This document shows positions 20,014 through 28,460 of a stretch of 64,000 bases of DNA, piece after piece. Each line of letters starts with the position of its first letter. Within the stretch, counting starts at the first letter, position 1. Source of the stretch: Candidatus Nanopelagicales bacterium (GTDB taxonomy: Bacteria > Actinomycetota > Actinomycetes > S36-B12); the NCBI GenBank assembly GCA_030830865.1, contig JAURME010000073.1:5427-69426 (forward strand), given 5' to 3'. The notes beneath the pieces were generated by a model. That model saw only the letters and a program-made list of their open reading frames with translations, searched no databases and was not told the origin of the DNA. A program made the position numbers and the translations under genes.

Positions 20014-21087
20014 ATGGCACTCACTATCGGAATCGTCGGCCTCCCCAACGTTGGCAAGTCGACCCTGTTCAATGCGCTGACCAAGAACGACGTGCTCGCG
20101 GCGAACTATCCTTTCGCGACGATCGAGCCGAATACCGGGGTCGTGGGGGTGCCCGATCCCCGACTGGACGTGCTCGCCGGGATCTTCGGCTCCGAGCGGA
20201 TCCTGCCGGCGACCGTGCAGTTCGTTGACATCGCCGGCATCGTCAAGGGTGCCAGCGAAGGAGCTGGCCTGGGCAACAAGTTCCTCGCCAACATCCGCGA
20301 GTCGGATGCCATCTGCCAGGTGCTTCGCGCGTTCACCGATGATGACGTCGTCCACGTCGACGGCCGGGTCTCGCCGGCGGACGACATGGAGACCATCAAC
20401 ACCGAACTGATCCTCGCCGACCTGCAGACGCTGGAGAAAGCGATCCCGCGACTGCAGAAGGAGGCGCGCAACGACAAGTCGCGCGCCGGTGCCCTCGCCG
20501 CAGCGGAGGAGGCCCAGAAGGTGCTGGAGGAGGGGCGCACCGTCTTCGAGGCCGGCCTTGACCCCGCGCCGCTGCGCGAGCTGTGGCTGCTGACCGCCAA
20601 GCCGTTCCTCTACGTCATCAACGCCGATGAGGACGAACTGGGCGACGAGGAGTTCAAGCAGCGCATGCGCGACCTGGTCGCCCCTGCCGAGGCCGTGTTC
20701 CTTGACGCCAAGGTCGAGGCCGATCTCGTCGAGCTCGGCGATGAGGAGGCATTGGAGCTGCTGCAGTCCGTCGGGCAGGAGGAGAGCGGGCTGAAGGCCC
20801 TCGCACGCGTCGGCTTCGACACCCTCGGTCTGCAGACCTACCTGACCGCAGGTCCCAAGGAGGCGCGTGCATGGACGATCCGGCGCGGCGCCACGGCGCC
20901 GGAGGCGGCCGGCGTGATCCACACCGACTTCCAGAAGGGCTTCATCAAGGCGGAGATCGTGTCCTTCGACGAGCTCGTCGCTGCGGGGTCCATGGCTGAG
21001 GCCAAGGCCAGGGGCAGGGTGCGCATCGAGGGCAAGGACTACGTGATGGTCGACGGCGACGTCGTGGAGTTCCGCTTCAACGTGTGA
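20014..21087 (+). CDS. ychF: Redox-regulated ATPase YchF
   Basis: GIVGLPNVGKSTLFNALT P-loop and a TGS-like C-terminus. Confidence 0.92.
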   Translation: MALTIGIVGLPNVGKSTLFNALTKNDVLAANYPFATIEPNTGVVGVPDPRLDVLAGIFGSERILPATVQFVDIAGIVKGASEGAGLGNKFLANIRESDAICQVLRAFTDDDVVHVDGRVSPADDMETINTELILADLQTLEKAIPRLQKEARNDKSRAGALAAAEEAQKVLEEGRTVFEAGLDPAPLRELWLLTAKPFLYVINADEDELGDEEFKQRMRDLVAPAEAVFLDAKVEADLVELGDEEALELLQSVGQEESGLKALARVGFDTLGLQTYLTAGPKEARAWTIRRGATAPEAAGVIHTDFQKGFIKAEIVSFDELVAAGSMAEAKARGRVRIEGKDYVMVDGDVVEFRFNV

Positions 21088-21372
21088 CCTTCCGTCACTG
21101 AGGTCATGGGTTGCACCGTCGCCTTCGACTCCGTCGTCTGACATCGGCTACCTGCGCACACAGTGCGGGCAAGCGTTCGACGCATTGTGGACATGTGTGA
21201 GCGCTGGCCGAACATGCAGGAGCGTGTCCATCCCTCTCCACGGCGCGCAGACGGGCCTGCGGCAGTCCACGGGGGAATCGTGGGGCTGACCTGGTCCCCC
21301 ATCGAGCACTGACCTGCTCAGGTGGCGAAGGAGAGATGGTGCAGTTCCACCCATGCACCTAGGGTGCAATGC

Positions 21373-22860
21373 ATGACGTCGAATCTCCGTGTGTCCTGGC
21401 CCCGTCCCGCTCGACGTGGCCGTGCCCGGCTGCTCGCAGGGGCTGCCGCCGGGTGGCTGGTGCTCTCCCTGGGGGCGGCTTCGCCCGCGCAGGCGACCGT
21501 AAGCATCCCTGAGGCGCAGGCGACGGCCTACTCGAAGTTGTGGAGCCTGGGCAACGGCGCGTTCACCCCGGCGCTGTCCGTGGGACCCGAGGTCGGGTGG
21601 AACGCCGGCCTGCAAGGAATGATCCCGCCACGCGCCGCCTACTACCGCCTGTGGGACATGAACGTCGCATGGAAGGACGTCAACACCGGCCCTGGAGAGT
21701 TCGACTGGACGATCCTCGACCAGCGTGTACAGCAGGTTGAATCATGGGGTGGCAAGCCCATCATGGTCTTGGGCCTGACCCCCCAGTGGGCGGCGGGCGA
21801 ATGCACAGCGGGTGATCCTCGCTGGGGTGGGAGCACTGCCTGCCCACCGGCGGACATGGAGGCGTGGCGGGCCTATGTTCGCGCCCTCGTGCAACGCTAC
21901 GGACCGCGCATTGGTGCCTACGAGACCTGGAACGAGGCCAACCTGCAGACCTTCTGGGCGGGAACAGCCGACCAGATGGCCATGATGGTCCAGATCGCGG
22001 GTCAGGAGATCGGTGGCACTGCCGCCGTGCTGGCGCCCTCAGTGACCACGCGCCTGAAGAGCGGCGCGCGATTCACTTCCTCGCTCCTGGCCGCCCTGAG
22101 CCCTGAGGCAGTGCAGGCGCTGGACGGTTGGTCAATCCACTCCTACCCGAAGGGGGACGCCGGGCCGACGCCGGCTGCTGCCTGCGAACAGCGCGCCAGC
22201 GACATCATCGACTGGCAGCGCGCCCTGCTTGCGTGGGCTGCGTCGAACCCCGCACTGATGAAGCCGATCTGGGACACGGAGGTCAACTACGGCCTGTCGG
22301 GGCCTGGCGCCACGCCGGGGGCCGACTGGTCCGACGCCGACGGCGCCGCTCTCGTCACCTGCTCGTACCAGGACTCCCGAGCGTTGGGTATCGCCGTCAC
22401 AGCCTGGTACGAGTACACCGCCGTTGACTTCGACCTTCTGGGGGTGCAGATGAACCCCGCCACCTCGATGGTCACCTTCGCCTACGCGGCATTGCCGTCG
22501 ACGGTGGGACAAACGAACCCCTGGATCCCCACGCTCCCCGGGCGATCAGTGCCCACAACTTCGGGTGACGGACGGAACGAGACCAAGACCATCCGCATCA
22601 GTGGTCAGCGCGGGACCGTGAAGGGAAAGCCAGGCGTCATCATCGATGGCGTCACGACCGGGTTCGATCAGGGTGAAGCGATGGTCCCCTACATCAAGTT
22701 CCCGGGTCAGACCTCCTACAGCAAAGCCACAGCTCGCCCGCTCGTGGATGCTGATGGAGATTTCTCCTTTCAGCGCAAGTCGCGACAGAAGATCTACATC
22801 TACTTCACGAACGAGGATGGGACTGTCAGGTCGGAGCGCATCATCATCCAGGCAAGGTAG
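21373..22860 (+). CDS. Secreted clan GH-A glycoside hydrolase with an unassigned C-terminal domain
   Basis: Signal peptide with RRGRARLL...ASPAQA. YETWNEAN (acid/base Glu) and WDTEVNYG (nucleophile Glu) motifs. The last ~100 aa are compositionally distinct. Confidence 0.7.
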   Translation: MTSNLRVSWPRPARRGRARLLAGAAAGWLVLSLGAASPAQATVSIPEAQATAYSKLWSLGNGAFTPALSVGPEVGWNAGLQGMIPPRAAYYRLWDMNVAWKDVNTGPGEFDWTILDQRVQQVESWGGKPIMVLGLTPQWAAGECTAGDPRWGGSTACPPADMEAWRAYVRALVQRYGPRIGAYETWNEANLQTFWAGTADQMAMMVQIAGQEIGGTAAVLAPSVTTRLKSGARFTSSLLAALSPEAVQALDGWSIHSYPKGDAGPTPAAACEQRASDIIDWQRALLAWAASNPALMKPIWDTEVNYGLSGPGATPGADWSDADGAALVTCSYQDSRALGIAVTAWYEYTAVDFDLLGVQMNPATSMVTFAYAALPSTVGQTNPWIPTLPGRSVPTTSGDGRNETKTIRISGQRGTVKGKPGVIIDGVTTGFDQGEAMVPYIKFPGQTSYSKATARPLVDADGDFSFQRKSRQKIYIYFTNEDGTVRSERIIIQAR

Positions 22861-22982
22861 GCGCGCTGCAGGTGGAGTCCTCGGGCGCTGGTCCGAAGCT
22901 TCGGTCGGATTGGGACTGCCGGCCAGTGGCCCGGGCCGTGGGGGTGATCAGCACGATTGCGCTTCAATGGAAGGTGGGTACC

Positions 22983-23006
22983 CGGCCCCTGCCGCGGTAG
23001 GGGCCG
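22983..23006 (-). terminator. Stem-loop downstream of the tyrosinase gene
   Basis: 8-bp stem cGGCCCCT / AGGGGCCg with an 8-nt loop, 24 nt past the stop at 23030. Confidence 0.4.
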
Positions 23007-23029
23007 TCATGGCTGCGGGACATCGACGC

Positions 23030-24172
23030 CTAGGGCATGCGGTCGTACGTGTAACCGTTGCGGATCGTGCCGAACCAGCTGTTGATGGTTCGGTCTCGCC
23101 ATGGCCACATGCTGTCGGTGCCGTCGAAGCCCTGCTCAGCACCGGCCTTGGGTCGGTAGTGGCCACCACCCGCCAGCTCCTGAGCCGCCCAGATGCGATC
23201 GACGTTGGCGTGGTGGAGGAAGAAGACCGGATCGTTGGGAGATGTGTTGTAGGCCATCGTCCCCTGGACGACCTCGTCTCCCTCCTCCCAGATTCCGCCG
23301 GTGTAGATGTGCACGAGATTGTGCAAATCGTGTGGTGATCCCTTGGTCTGCGTCTGCATCAGCCAACCGTCTGTGCACTCGGCTGGCGTTGCGTCCCGCC
23401 ATCCCTCAAGGGTGTTGCGGAACGACTCGGATGTCTGCGACTGGGCATTGAAGGGTGCGTGGTCGTAGTGCGAGACCGTCAGAGCCTGCTTCACGTCCTT
23501 CTTCGTGGGCAGTCCGGGAGATTCCCCGAGGAACACGTTGAAGCGTCGAACGAGGAAGCTCTCCGGCGTGCGGACTCCATCGAGGTAGACCGCGGGGTCC
23601 TGGATGTCGAATGACCACTTGCCCTGGCGGAACGGCCCCGTCATCACCGCGTAGTCATGGGCCGGGTCGCCTGCAGGCCCCAGTAGGTCGTCGGAGAAGA
23701 CCGCGGCCGTGGAATCGGTGTTCGTCCAGTCCCAGTACGGAAGCGCCAGGTCGGGATTGCCGCTGGTGGTCCGCAGCATCATCTCGAACAGGTGCAGATA
23801 CTGCCTGTGCCACGGGAGGAAGGTCGGTGAGTTGTGTGCCGCACCGGCCCAGTTGCCGTCCTGCTGCCACCCGTTCTTGCACTTGAAGGCATCGCGGTGC
23901 CACTGGACGAACTGGTCGTAGTAGGACAGCTCCGGATTCCAGGGAGAGGGGACCTTCTTGGCTGCGAGAACCGCACGGACGAACTCAGCCTTCTCGCGCT
24001 TCGTGAGGTCCTTGACGTCCTTGCGCACGCTGAGTGACGGCGCTGAGCTCAGATTCGCCAGGGCGTCGGGCGACGCGGCGAACAGTGTGACGCCGAGCAC
24101 GAGCGTGAGGGCTGACAGGGTCGCTGTCGTGAGCCAGATCCGTGACCGCTTCGATGCTCCTGCGTGCGACAT
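23030..24172 (-). CDS. Secreted tyrosinase (type-3 copper protein)
   Basis: CuA: WHRDAF...HNSPTFLPWHRQYLHLFE. CuB: HDLHNLVHIYTGG...FFLHHANVDRIW. Own signal peptide MSHAGASKRSRIWLTTATLSALTLVLGVTLFAA. Confidence 0.85.
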   Translation of the reverse strand: MSHAGASKRSRIWLTTATLSALTLVLGVTLFAASPDALANLSSAPSLSVRKDVKDLTKREKAEFVRAVLAAKKVPSPWNPELSYYDQFVQWHRDAFKCKNGWQQDGNWAGAAHNSPTFLPWHRQYLHLFEMMLRTTSGNPDLALPYWDWTNTDSTAAVFSDDLLGPAGDPAHDYAVMTGPFRQGKWSFDIQDPAVYLDGVRTPESFLVRRFNVFLGESPGLPTKKDVKQALTVSHYDHAPFNAQSQTSESFRNTLEGWRDATPAECTDGWLMQTQTKGSPHDLHNLVHIYTGGIWEEGDEVVQGTMAYNTSPNDPVFFLHHANVDRIWAAQELAGGGHYRPKAGAEQGFDGTDSMWPWRDRTINSWFGTIRNGYTYDRMP

Positions 24173-24266
24173 CCCCTGACCCTGACGGCAGCGTCGCGAA
24201 CTGTCAAGCCGATCGGACTCGGAGCGATCCGCCCAACGGCGCCGTCGCCCTGCGTAGGCTCGTTCC

Positions 24267-24473
24267 GTGACCGAGAAGGTGAAGGGCCCCGCCTCGTACT
24301 TCCCCTCGATCGAGAAGAAGTACGGCCACCCGATCTCGTACTGGATGGAGCAGCTCGACCCGGTGCGCGACGCGAAGCACATGGAGCAGGTGGCGCATCT
24401 GAAGAAGATGGGCATGGGCCACGGGCACGCGAACGCCGTCGTCGCCGTGTACCGCAAGGAGCACGGGCTGTGA
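24267..24473 (+). CDS. DUF4287-like small protein
   Basis: ASYFPSIEKKYGHPISYWMEQL motif, 68 aa. Confidence 0.7.
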   Translation: MTEKVKGPASYFPSIEKKYGHPISYWMEQLDPVRDAKHMEQVAHLKKMGMGHGHANAVVAVYRKEHGL

Positions 24474-24498
24474 GCACCTGAGCCCATAAGGTGCGGAC

Positions 24499-24975
24499 AT
24501 GAGCGACTTCCTCTATTCCGTCGAGCGCCAGTTCGACCTGCCCGTCGAGATCCTCTGGGATGCGTGGGTCGATGCCGACGCCCTGCAGGCCTGGTACCAC
24601 CCGACGGACCTGGCCAACGTGCCCGGCAGTGTCGTGTCCGATGCCGTCGAGGGCGGCCTGTGGACGGTCGGCGTCGATGTCCCGGAGCACGGTTTCGTGG
24701 CGTACTTCTACGGCCGCTACACCAAGGTCGTCGAGAACCTGCTGCTCGAGCACTCCATGCACTACACGCAGTCGGCCGAGGAGTTCGCCGCCCGGGACGA
24801 GTCGACGACGGCCCATCGCGTGACCGTCGAGTTCGACAGCCGGGGGATGTACAGCTGGGTGAAGTTCAGCCAGTTCGGCGAACTGCCCGACGGTCAGGCC
24901 GTCCAGGCGCAGGCCGGCATGGAAAGCTACTTCGACTCGCTTGAGGCTTTTCTCGTCGCCGACACCCCGAGCTGA
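24499..24975 (+). CDS. SRPBCC (Aha1/START-like) domain protein
   Basis: 158 aa. An F.LP.E.LWDAW.D...L..W N-terminus typical of AHSA1-like SRPBCC proteins. Confidence 0.65.
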   Translation: MSDFLYSVERQFDLPVEILWDAWVDADALQAWYHPTDLANVPGSVVSDAVEGGLWTVGVDVPEHGFVAYFYGRYTKVVENLLLEHSMHYTQSAEEFAARDESTTAHRVTVEFDSRGMYSWVKFSQFGELPDGQAVQAQAGMESYFDSLEAFLVADTPS

Positions 24976-24987
24976 CCGAGGCTCCGA

Positions 24988-25686
24988 TCAGGATGCGAAC
25001 GCGCTGCTCGCCAGCTCGGTTGCTTCGCCGTCGATCCCCGCGACGATGACGTCGGCGACGTGGTCGGGCGTCATGCCCTGCGGCATCCGCGGCGCGGATC
25101 CGAACACCGCGCGATCGGCCAGGCCCGTCTCCGTGTGACCGGGCCGGGCGTCGATGACGCGCACGCGTGAACGACGGGTCTCAAGCTGCAGCGCCCTGAG
25201 CCAGGTGGAGTGGGCGGTCTTGCTGGCCGTGTAGGCGGCCATGCCCGGGAACACCTGCTCGGCGACGACGCCGCAGATGGACGCGACGAACGGTGAGCCA
25301 CCGGCCTCGGCAGAGCCCCGCAGCGCCGGGAGCAGTTGGGCGATCAGACTCGCGGGCCCAAGGTGGTTCACCTGCATGAGCTGATCGGCGACCTCCGGGG
25401 GAGTCTGGTCGATCGGGCCGAACGCGACGATCCCTGAGGCGATGACGACCCCGTCGAGCGCACCGCCTGCCGCCGTGATGGCCGTGGCGGCGTTCGCGAT
25501 CGAGCTGGGGTCCTCGAGGTCGACGACGTAGCGGCCCTTCACCACGGCGGGGACGCGATCGGCGCCGTCGGGGGTCGATGACGTTCCCTCGACGATGGCG
25601 CCCCCTGCTGCGAGGCGCTGTGCGATCGCCGATCCGAGCACACCGCTTGCCCCCACGACCACGATCCGCTGTCCCTGCACCGGCAT
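24988..25686 (-). CDS. SDR family oxidoreductase
   Basis: IVVVGASGVLGSAIAQRL Rossmann motif and YTASKTA catalytic motif. Confidence 0.8.
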   Translation of the reverse strand: MPVQGQRIVVVGASGVLGSAIAQRLAAGGAIVEGTSSTPDGADRVPAVVKGRYVVDLEDPSSIANAATAITAAGGALDGVVIASGIVAFGPIDQTPPEVADQLMQVNHLGPASLIAQLLPALRGSAEAGGSPFVASICGVVAEQVFPGMAAYTASKTAHSTWLRALQLETRRSRVRVIDARPGHTETGLADRAVFGSAPRMPQGMTPDHVADVIVAGIDGEATELASSAFAS

Positions 25687-25740
25687 GTCGACTCCTCACT
25701 CTGGTGAGTCGAGACGCTATCCGCGATCGGGGACACCGGC

Positions 25741-26160
25741 ATGTCGTGGAAGGCTGGGCGGATGGATGCACCGGACTTCGTCGTCGCCGCTGTCGTCATG
25801 CGAGACGACCACGGGCGCATCCTCGTCGTCCGCAAGGAGGGCACCGGCCGGTTCATGCTTCCCGGCGGCAAGATCGAGCCGGGCGAGTCACCCGACCAGA
25901 CTGCTGTGCGTGAGGCCCACGAGGAACTCGGTGTCGACCTGGACCCCGAGCTGCTCACCTTCGTGGGTGAGTGGACCGCACCTGCCGCGAACGAGTCCGG
26001 CCGAACGGTACATGGGCACATCTACGAGCATCCATGGTTGCCGGGCGTCGCCGTTCGCAACGAGATCGCCGAGTCTCAGTGGGTCTCGCCGGCGGATCTG
26101 GCCTGCCGTGACGACATCGCGCCGTTGCTCCAGAATCGTGTCCTGCCTCTCTACAGTTGA
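25741..26160 (+). CDS. NUDIX hydrolase
   Basis: Nudix box GGKIEPGESPDQTAVREAHEELGV. Confidence 0.85.
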   Translation: MSWKAGRMDAPDFVVAAVVMRDDHGRILVVRKEGTGRFMLPGGKIEPGESPDQTAVREAHEELGVDLDPELLTFVGEWTAPAANESGRTVHGHIYEHPWLPGVAVRNEIAESQWVSPADLACRDDIAPLLQNRVLPLYS

Positions 26161-26212
26161 ACCGCTCCGACTGGTCGGCCAGTGCGGAGAGCCGACAGAG
26201 GAGGCACACGTC

Positions 26213-27064
26213 ATGGGTGCATGGACGTCGAGCAAGGTTCTGACAAGCAAGTCCTGGGCGGTGCTGAAGGACAACCGCTACTTGCTGGGCTTCCCGGTGC
26301 TGGGCTTCGCCCTGAGCCTGATCCCGCTGGTCGGGCTCGGCCTTCCGGCCCTGTACTTCCTGAGCGAGAACCACAATTGGATCGCGGCCGCCTTCGGCGT
26401 AGCCATGGTCTTCGTGATCCAGGCGATCACAGCGGTGATCCAGGGCGGGATCGTCGTGTCGGTCGACACCGAGTTCTCCGGTCAGGACAGCTCGCTGGGT
26501 AAGGGCCTGGGGCGTTCGTTCGCGCACCTCGGCCCGCTGCTCGGCTGGAGCGTCATCGTCACGATCGTGAACGTCCTGATCGGACTGCTTCGCGGGAATG
26601 GCAGCGGCAACGTCATCGGGGTGATCTTCCGCAACATCATCGCGGCCGCCGCAGACATCATGTGGCGTCTGGTCACCTTCTTCGTCATCCCGTTCATCGT
26701 GCTGGAGGACATGAACCCGCTCAACGCGGTGAAGTCATCGGCGTCATTGTTCACCAGGCAGTGGGGCAAGCAGCTTGCAGGCAGTGTGCGCATCGGTGCT
26801 GTGATCGCCTTCACCACGATCCTGCCGGGCCTGGTGCTCATCATCGGTGGCGTGATCCTCGTCCTGATGGGATCGACGGCAGGCATCGCCACCGGCATCC
26901 CGCTCGCCATCCTCGGCGTGCTCCTGTTCATGGTGGGCGCGGTGCTCTCGTCCGCCATGCAGACCGTCTACTCGGTCGCACTGTTCCGCTTCGCGCACGA
27001 CGGCAAGGCGCCCGGGGACTTCACCGATGAGGAACTGCAGCGCTCGATCAAGCTCAAGGTCTGA
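26213..27064 (+). CDS. DUF6159-like polytopic membrane protein
   Basis: Six or so TM segments. ATG 26213 after GAGGAGG. Family name recalled from memory. Confidence 0.55.
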   Translation: MGAWTSSKVLTSKSWAVLKDNRYLLGFPVLGFALSLIPLVGLGLPALYFLSENHNWIAAAFGVAMVFVIQAITAVIQGGIVVSVDTEFSGQDSSLGKGLGRSFAHLGPLLGWSVIVTIVNVLIGLLRGNGSGNVIGVIFRNIIAAAADIMWRLVTFFVIPFIVLEDMNPLNAVKSSASLFTRQWGKQLAGSVRIGAVIAFTTILPGLVLIIGGVILVLMGSTAGIATGIPLAILGVLLFMVGAVLSSAMQTVYSVALFRFAHDGKAPGDFTDEELQRSIKLKV

Positions 27065-27111
27065 CCGGCTGAGACCGTCCTTCGCCCCGCCGTGCGGAGT
27101 AGCCTCGAAAG

Positions 27112-27786
27112 GTGAGCACGTCAGCGCCCGATCCTCAGGCAGGTGATCCGGTCGAGCAGGCCCTGCGCCTCAGGGCGTCGGATGCCGATCGCGAACGGGT
27201 GGCGCAACTCCTGCGTGATGCGTATGCCGAAGGGCGCCTGTCAGCCGAGGAGTACGAGTCCCGACTCGAGGAGAACTTCGCGGCGCAGACATACGGCGAC
27301 CTCGTCCCCGTCCTGCGCGACCTCCCCGTGCCGCCGGACGCGATCCCCCTTCCGCAACAGCGGACACAGAAGTCGCCGGCCGCGCACCCTGAGATGAGCC
27401 TGCTACCGGGGCGCACCGAGGCGGATCTGGTCTTCGATCCGTACGCCGGGCCTGCCCCGGACACGTCCCTGGTCGCGATCTTCGGCAGTTTCGAACGACG
27501 CGGCACGTGGACCGCCCCGGCCGACATCGGCGCGTACTGCGTGTTCGGCGGTGGGGACATCGACTTCACGGGAGCGACACTGATCTCGACCGTCACGACC
27601 ATCCATGCCCTCTGCCTGTTCGGAGGTCTGAAGGTCTACGTCCCTGCTGGCATGGACGTCCGCAGCGAGGCGGCGGGCATCTTGGGTGAAGTGGACGTCG
27701 CGGGTGGGCAGTCGCCACCCGGTGCCCCGCAACTGATCATCAAGGGAGCCGCGATCTTCGGGGGGATCGACGTCAAGCGCGTCTAG
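27112..27786 (+). CDS. DUF1707 domain protein with LiaF-like C-terminal domain
   Basis: RASDADRERVAQLLRDAYAEGRLSAEEYESRLE (DUF1707). C-terminal repetitive G-rich beta region (FGGGDIDFTGATL...FGGLKVYVP...FGGIDVKRV). Confidence 0.7.
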   Translation: MSTSAPDPQAGDPVEQALRLRASDADRERVAQLLRDAYAEGRLSAEEYESRLEENFAAQTYGDLVPVLRDLPVPPDAIPLPQQRTQKSPAAHPEMSLLPGRTEADLVFDPYAGPAPDTSLVAIFGSFERRGTWTAPADIGAYCVFGGGDIDFTGATLISTVTTIHALCLFGGLKVYVPAGMDVRSEAAGILGEVDVAGGQSPPGAPQLIIKGAAIFGGIDVKRV

Positions 27787-27793
27787 ACGTCAG

Positions 27794-28408
27794 CTACGGC
27801 GTCCGCGTAGGAGGCTTGAGCCCCTCGTCGTGGAGTTCGAGCGCGGCCAGGGAGTCGATGACCTGTTGGTCACCGCGTCGCCAGGCGCCGGCCGGATCGT
27901 GGCTGATGCGGGCGAGGACGTGCAGCGGCTGTCGGGCCATGGCCCTCAGAGCGAACAGGTCGAGGTCCTCGTTCGCATCGAGGAAGCGCCGCGCTGCGGT
28001 GGCGCGGCGGATGAAGATCACGCGGATCGGCACCCAGACCACGGCGAACGATGTGATCCCGAGCACCGCCAAGGCGATCGCGAGGAAGCGGGCCAGCACG
28101 GACACGGCGTCTGCTGCCGTCTGCCCCGCCTCCGACAGGGCCATCGCCGCGTCGCTCATCTGTCCGAAGGGCCCAGAGACCGCCTCACCGATCAGGGGGA
28201 TCGATGCGACGGTCGATCCGGCGGAGTCGATGCTGTCCGCCAGATCGGCCCCGCGCTGCGCGACCTCGAGCCCGGGACCGGCCAGATTCATGACGAGTTC
28301 GTGCACCCGGAACGCGACCCAGATCCACAGGGCGCTCCAGATCACGAGCCATGTGTCACCGAGGATCTGGCGCCCCCGACGGGCGGGCAGATCGGAGTAC
28401 CAGACCAT
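27794..28408 (-). CDS. Hypothetical membrane protein
   Basis: 204 aa with 2-3 TM segments and coding-like third-position G/C. No family recognised. Confidence 0.5.
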   Translation of the reverse strand: MVWYSDLPARRGRQILGDTWLVIWSALWIWVAFRVHELVMNLAGPGLEVAQRGADLADSIDSAGSTVASIPLIGEAVSGPFGQMSDAAMALSEAGQTAADAVSVLARFLAIALAVLGITSFAVVWVPIRVIFIRRATAARRFLDANEDLDLFALRAMARQPLHVLARISHDPAGAWRRGDQQVIDSLAALELHDEGLKPPTRTP

Positions 28409-28460
28409 CGCGACCTCCGACGATTTCAGGGAACCGACCCTGACACCGTAGGGTCACGAC

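Noticed and set aside
21088-21372. tRNA or integration att site that could explain the glycosidase/tyrosinase islet
   Set aside because: No cloverleaf-compatible sequence (no GTTCGA-type T-arm with a matching acceptor stem) and no direct repeats flanking 21.1-24.2 kb were found by eye. No integrase or transposase is present either.
24173-24487. N-terminal extension of the tyrosinase ORF, or a MelC1-like caddie upstream
   Set aside because: This part of the minus-strand ORF is antisense to the well-conserved DUF4287 gene and is Cys/Phe/Ser-rich nonsense. The signal peptide begins at MSHAG (24172).
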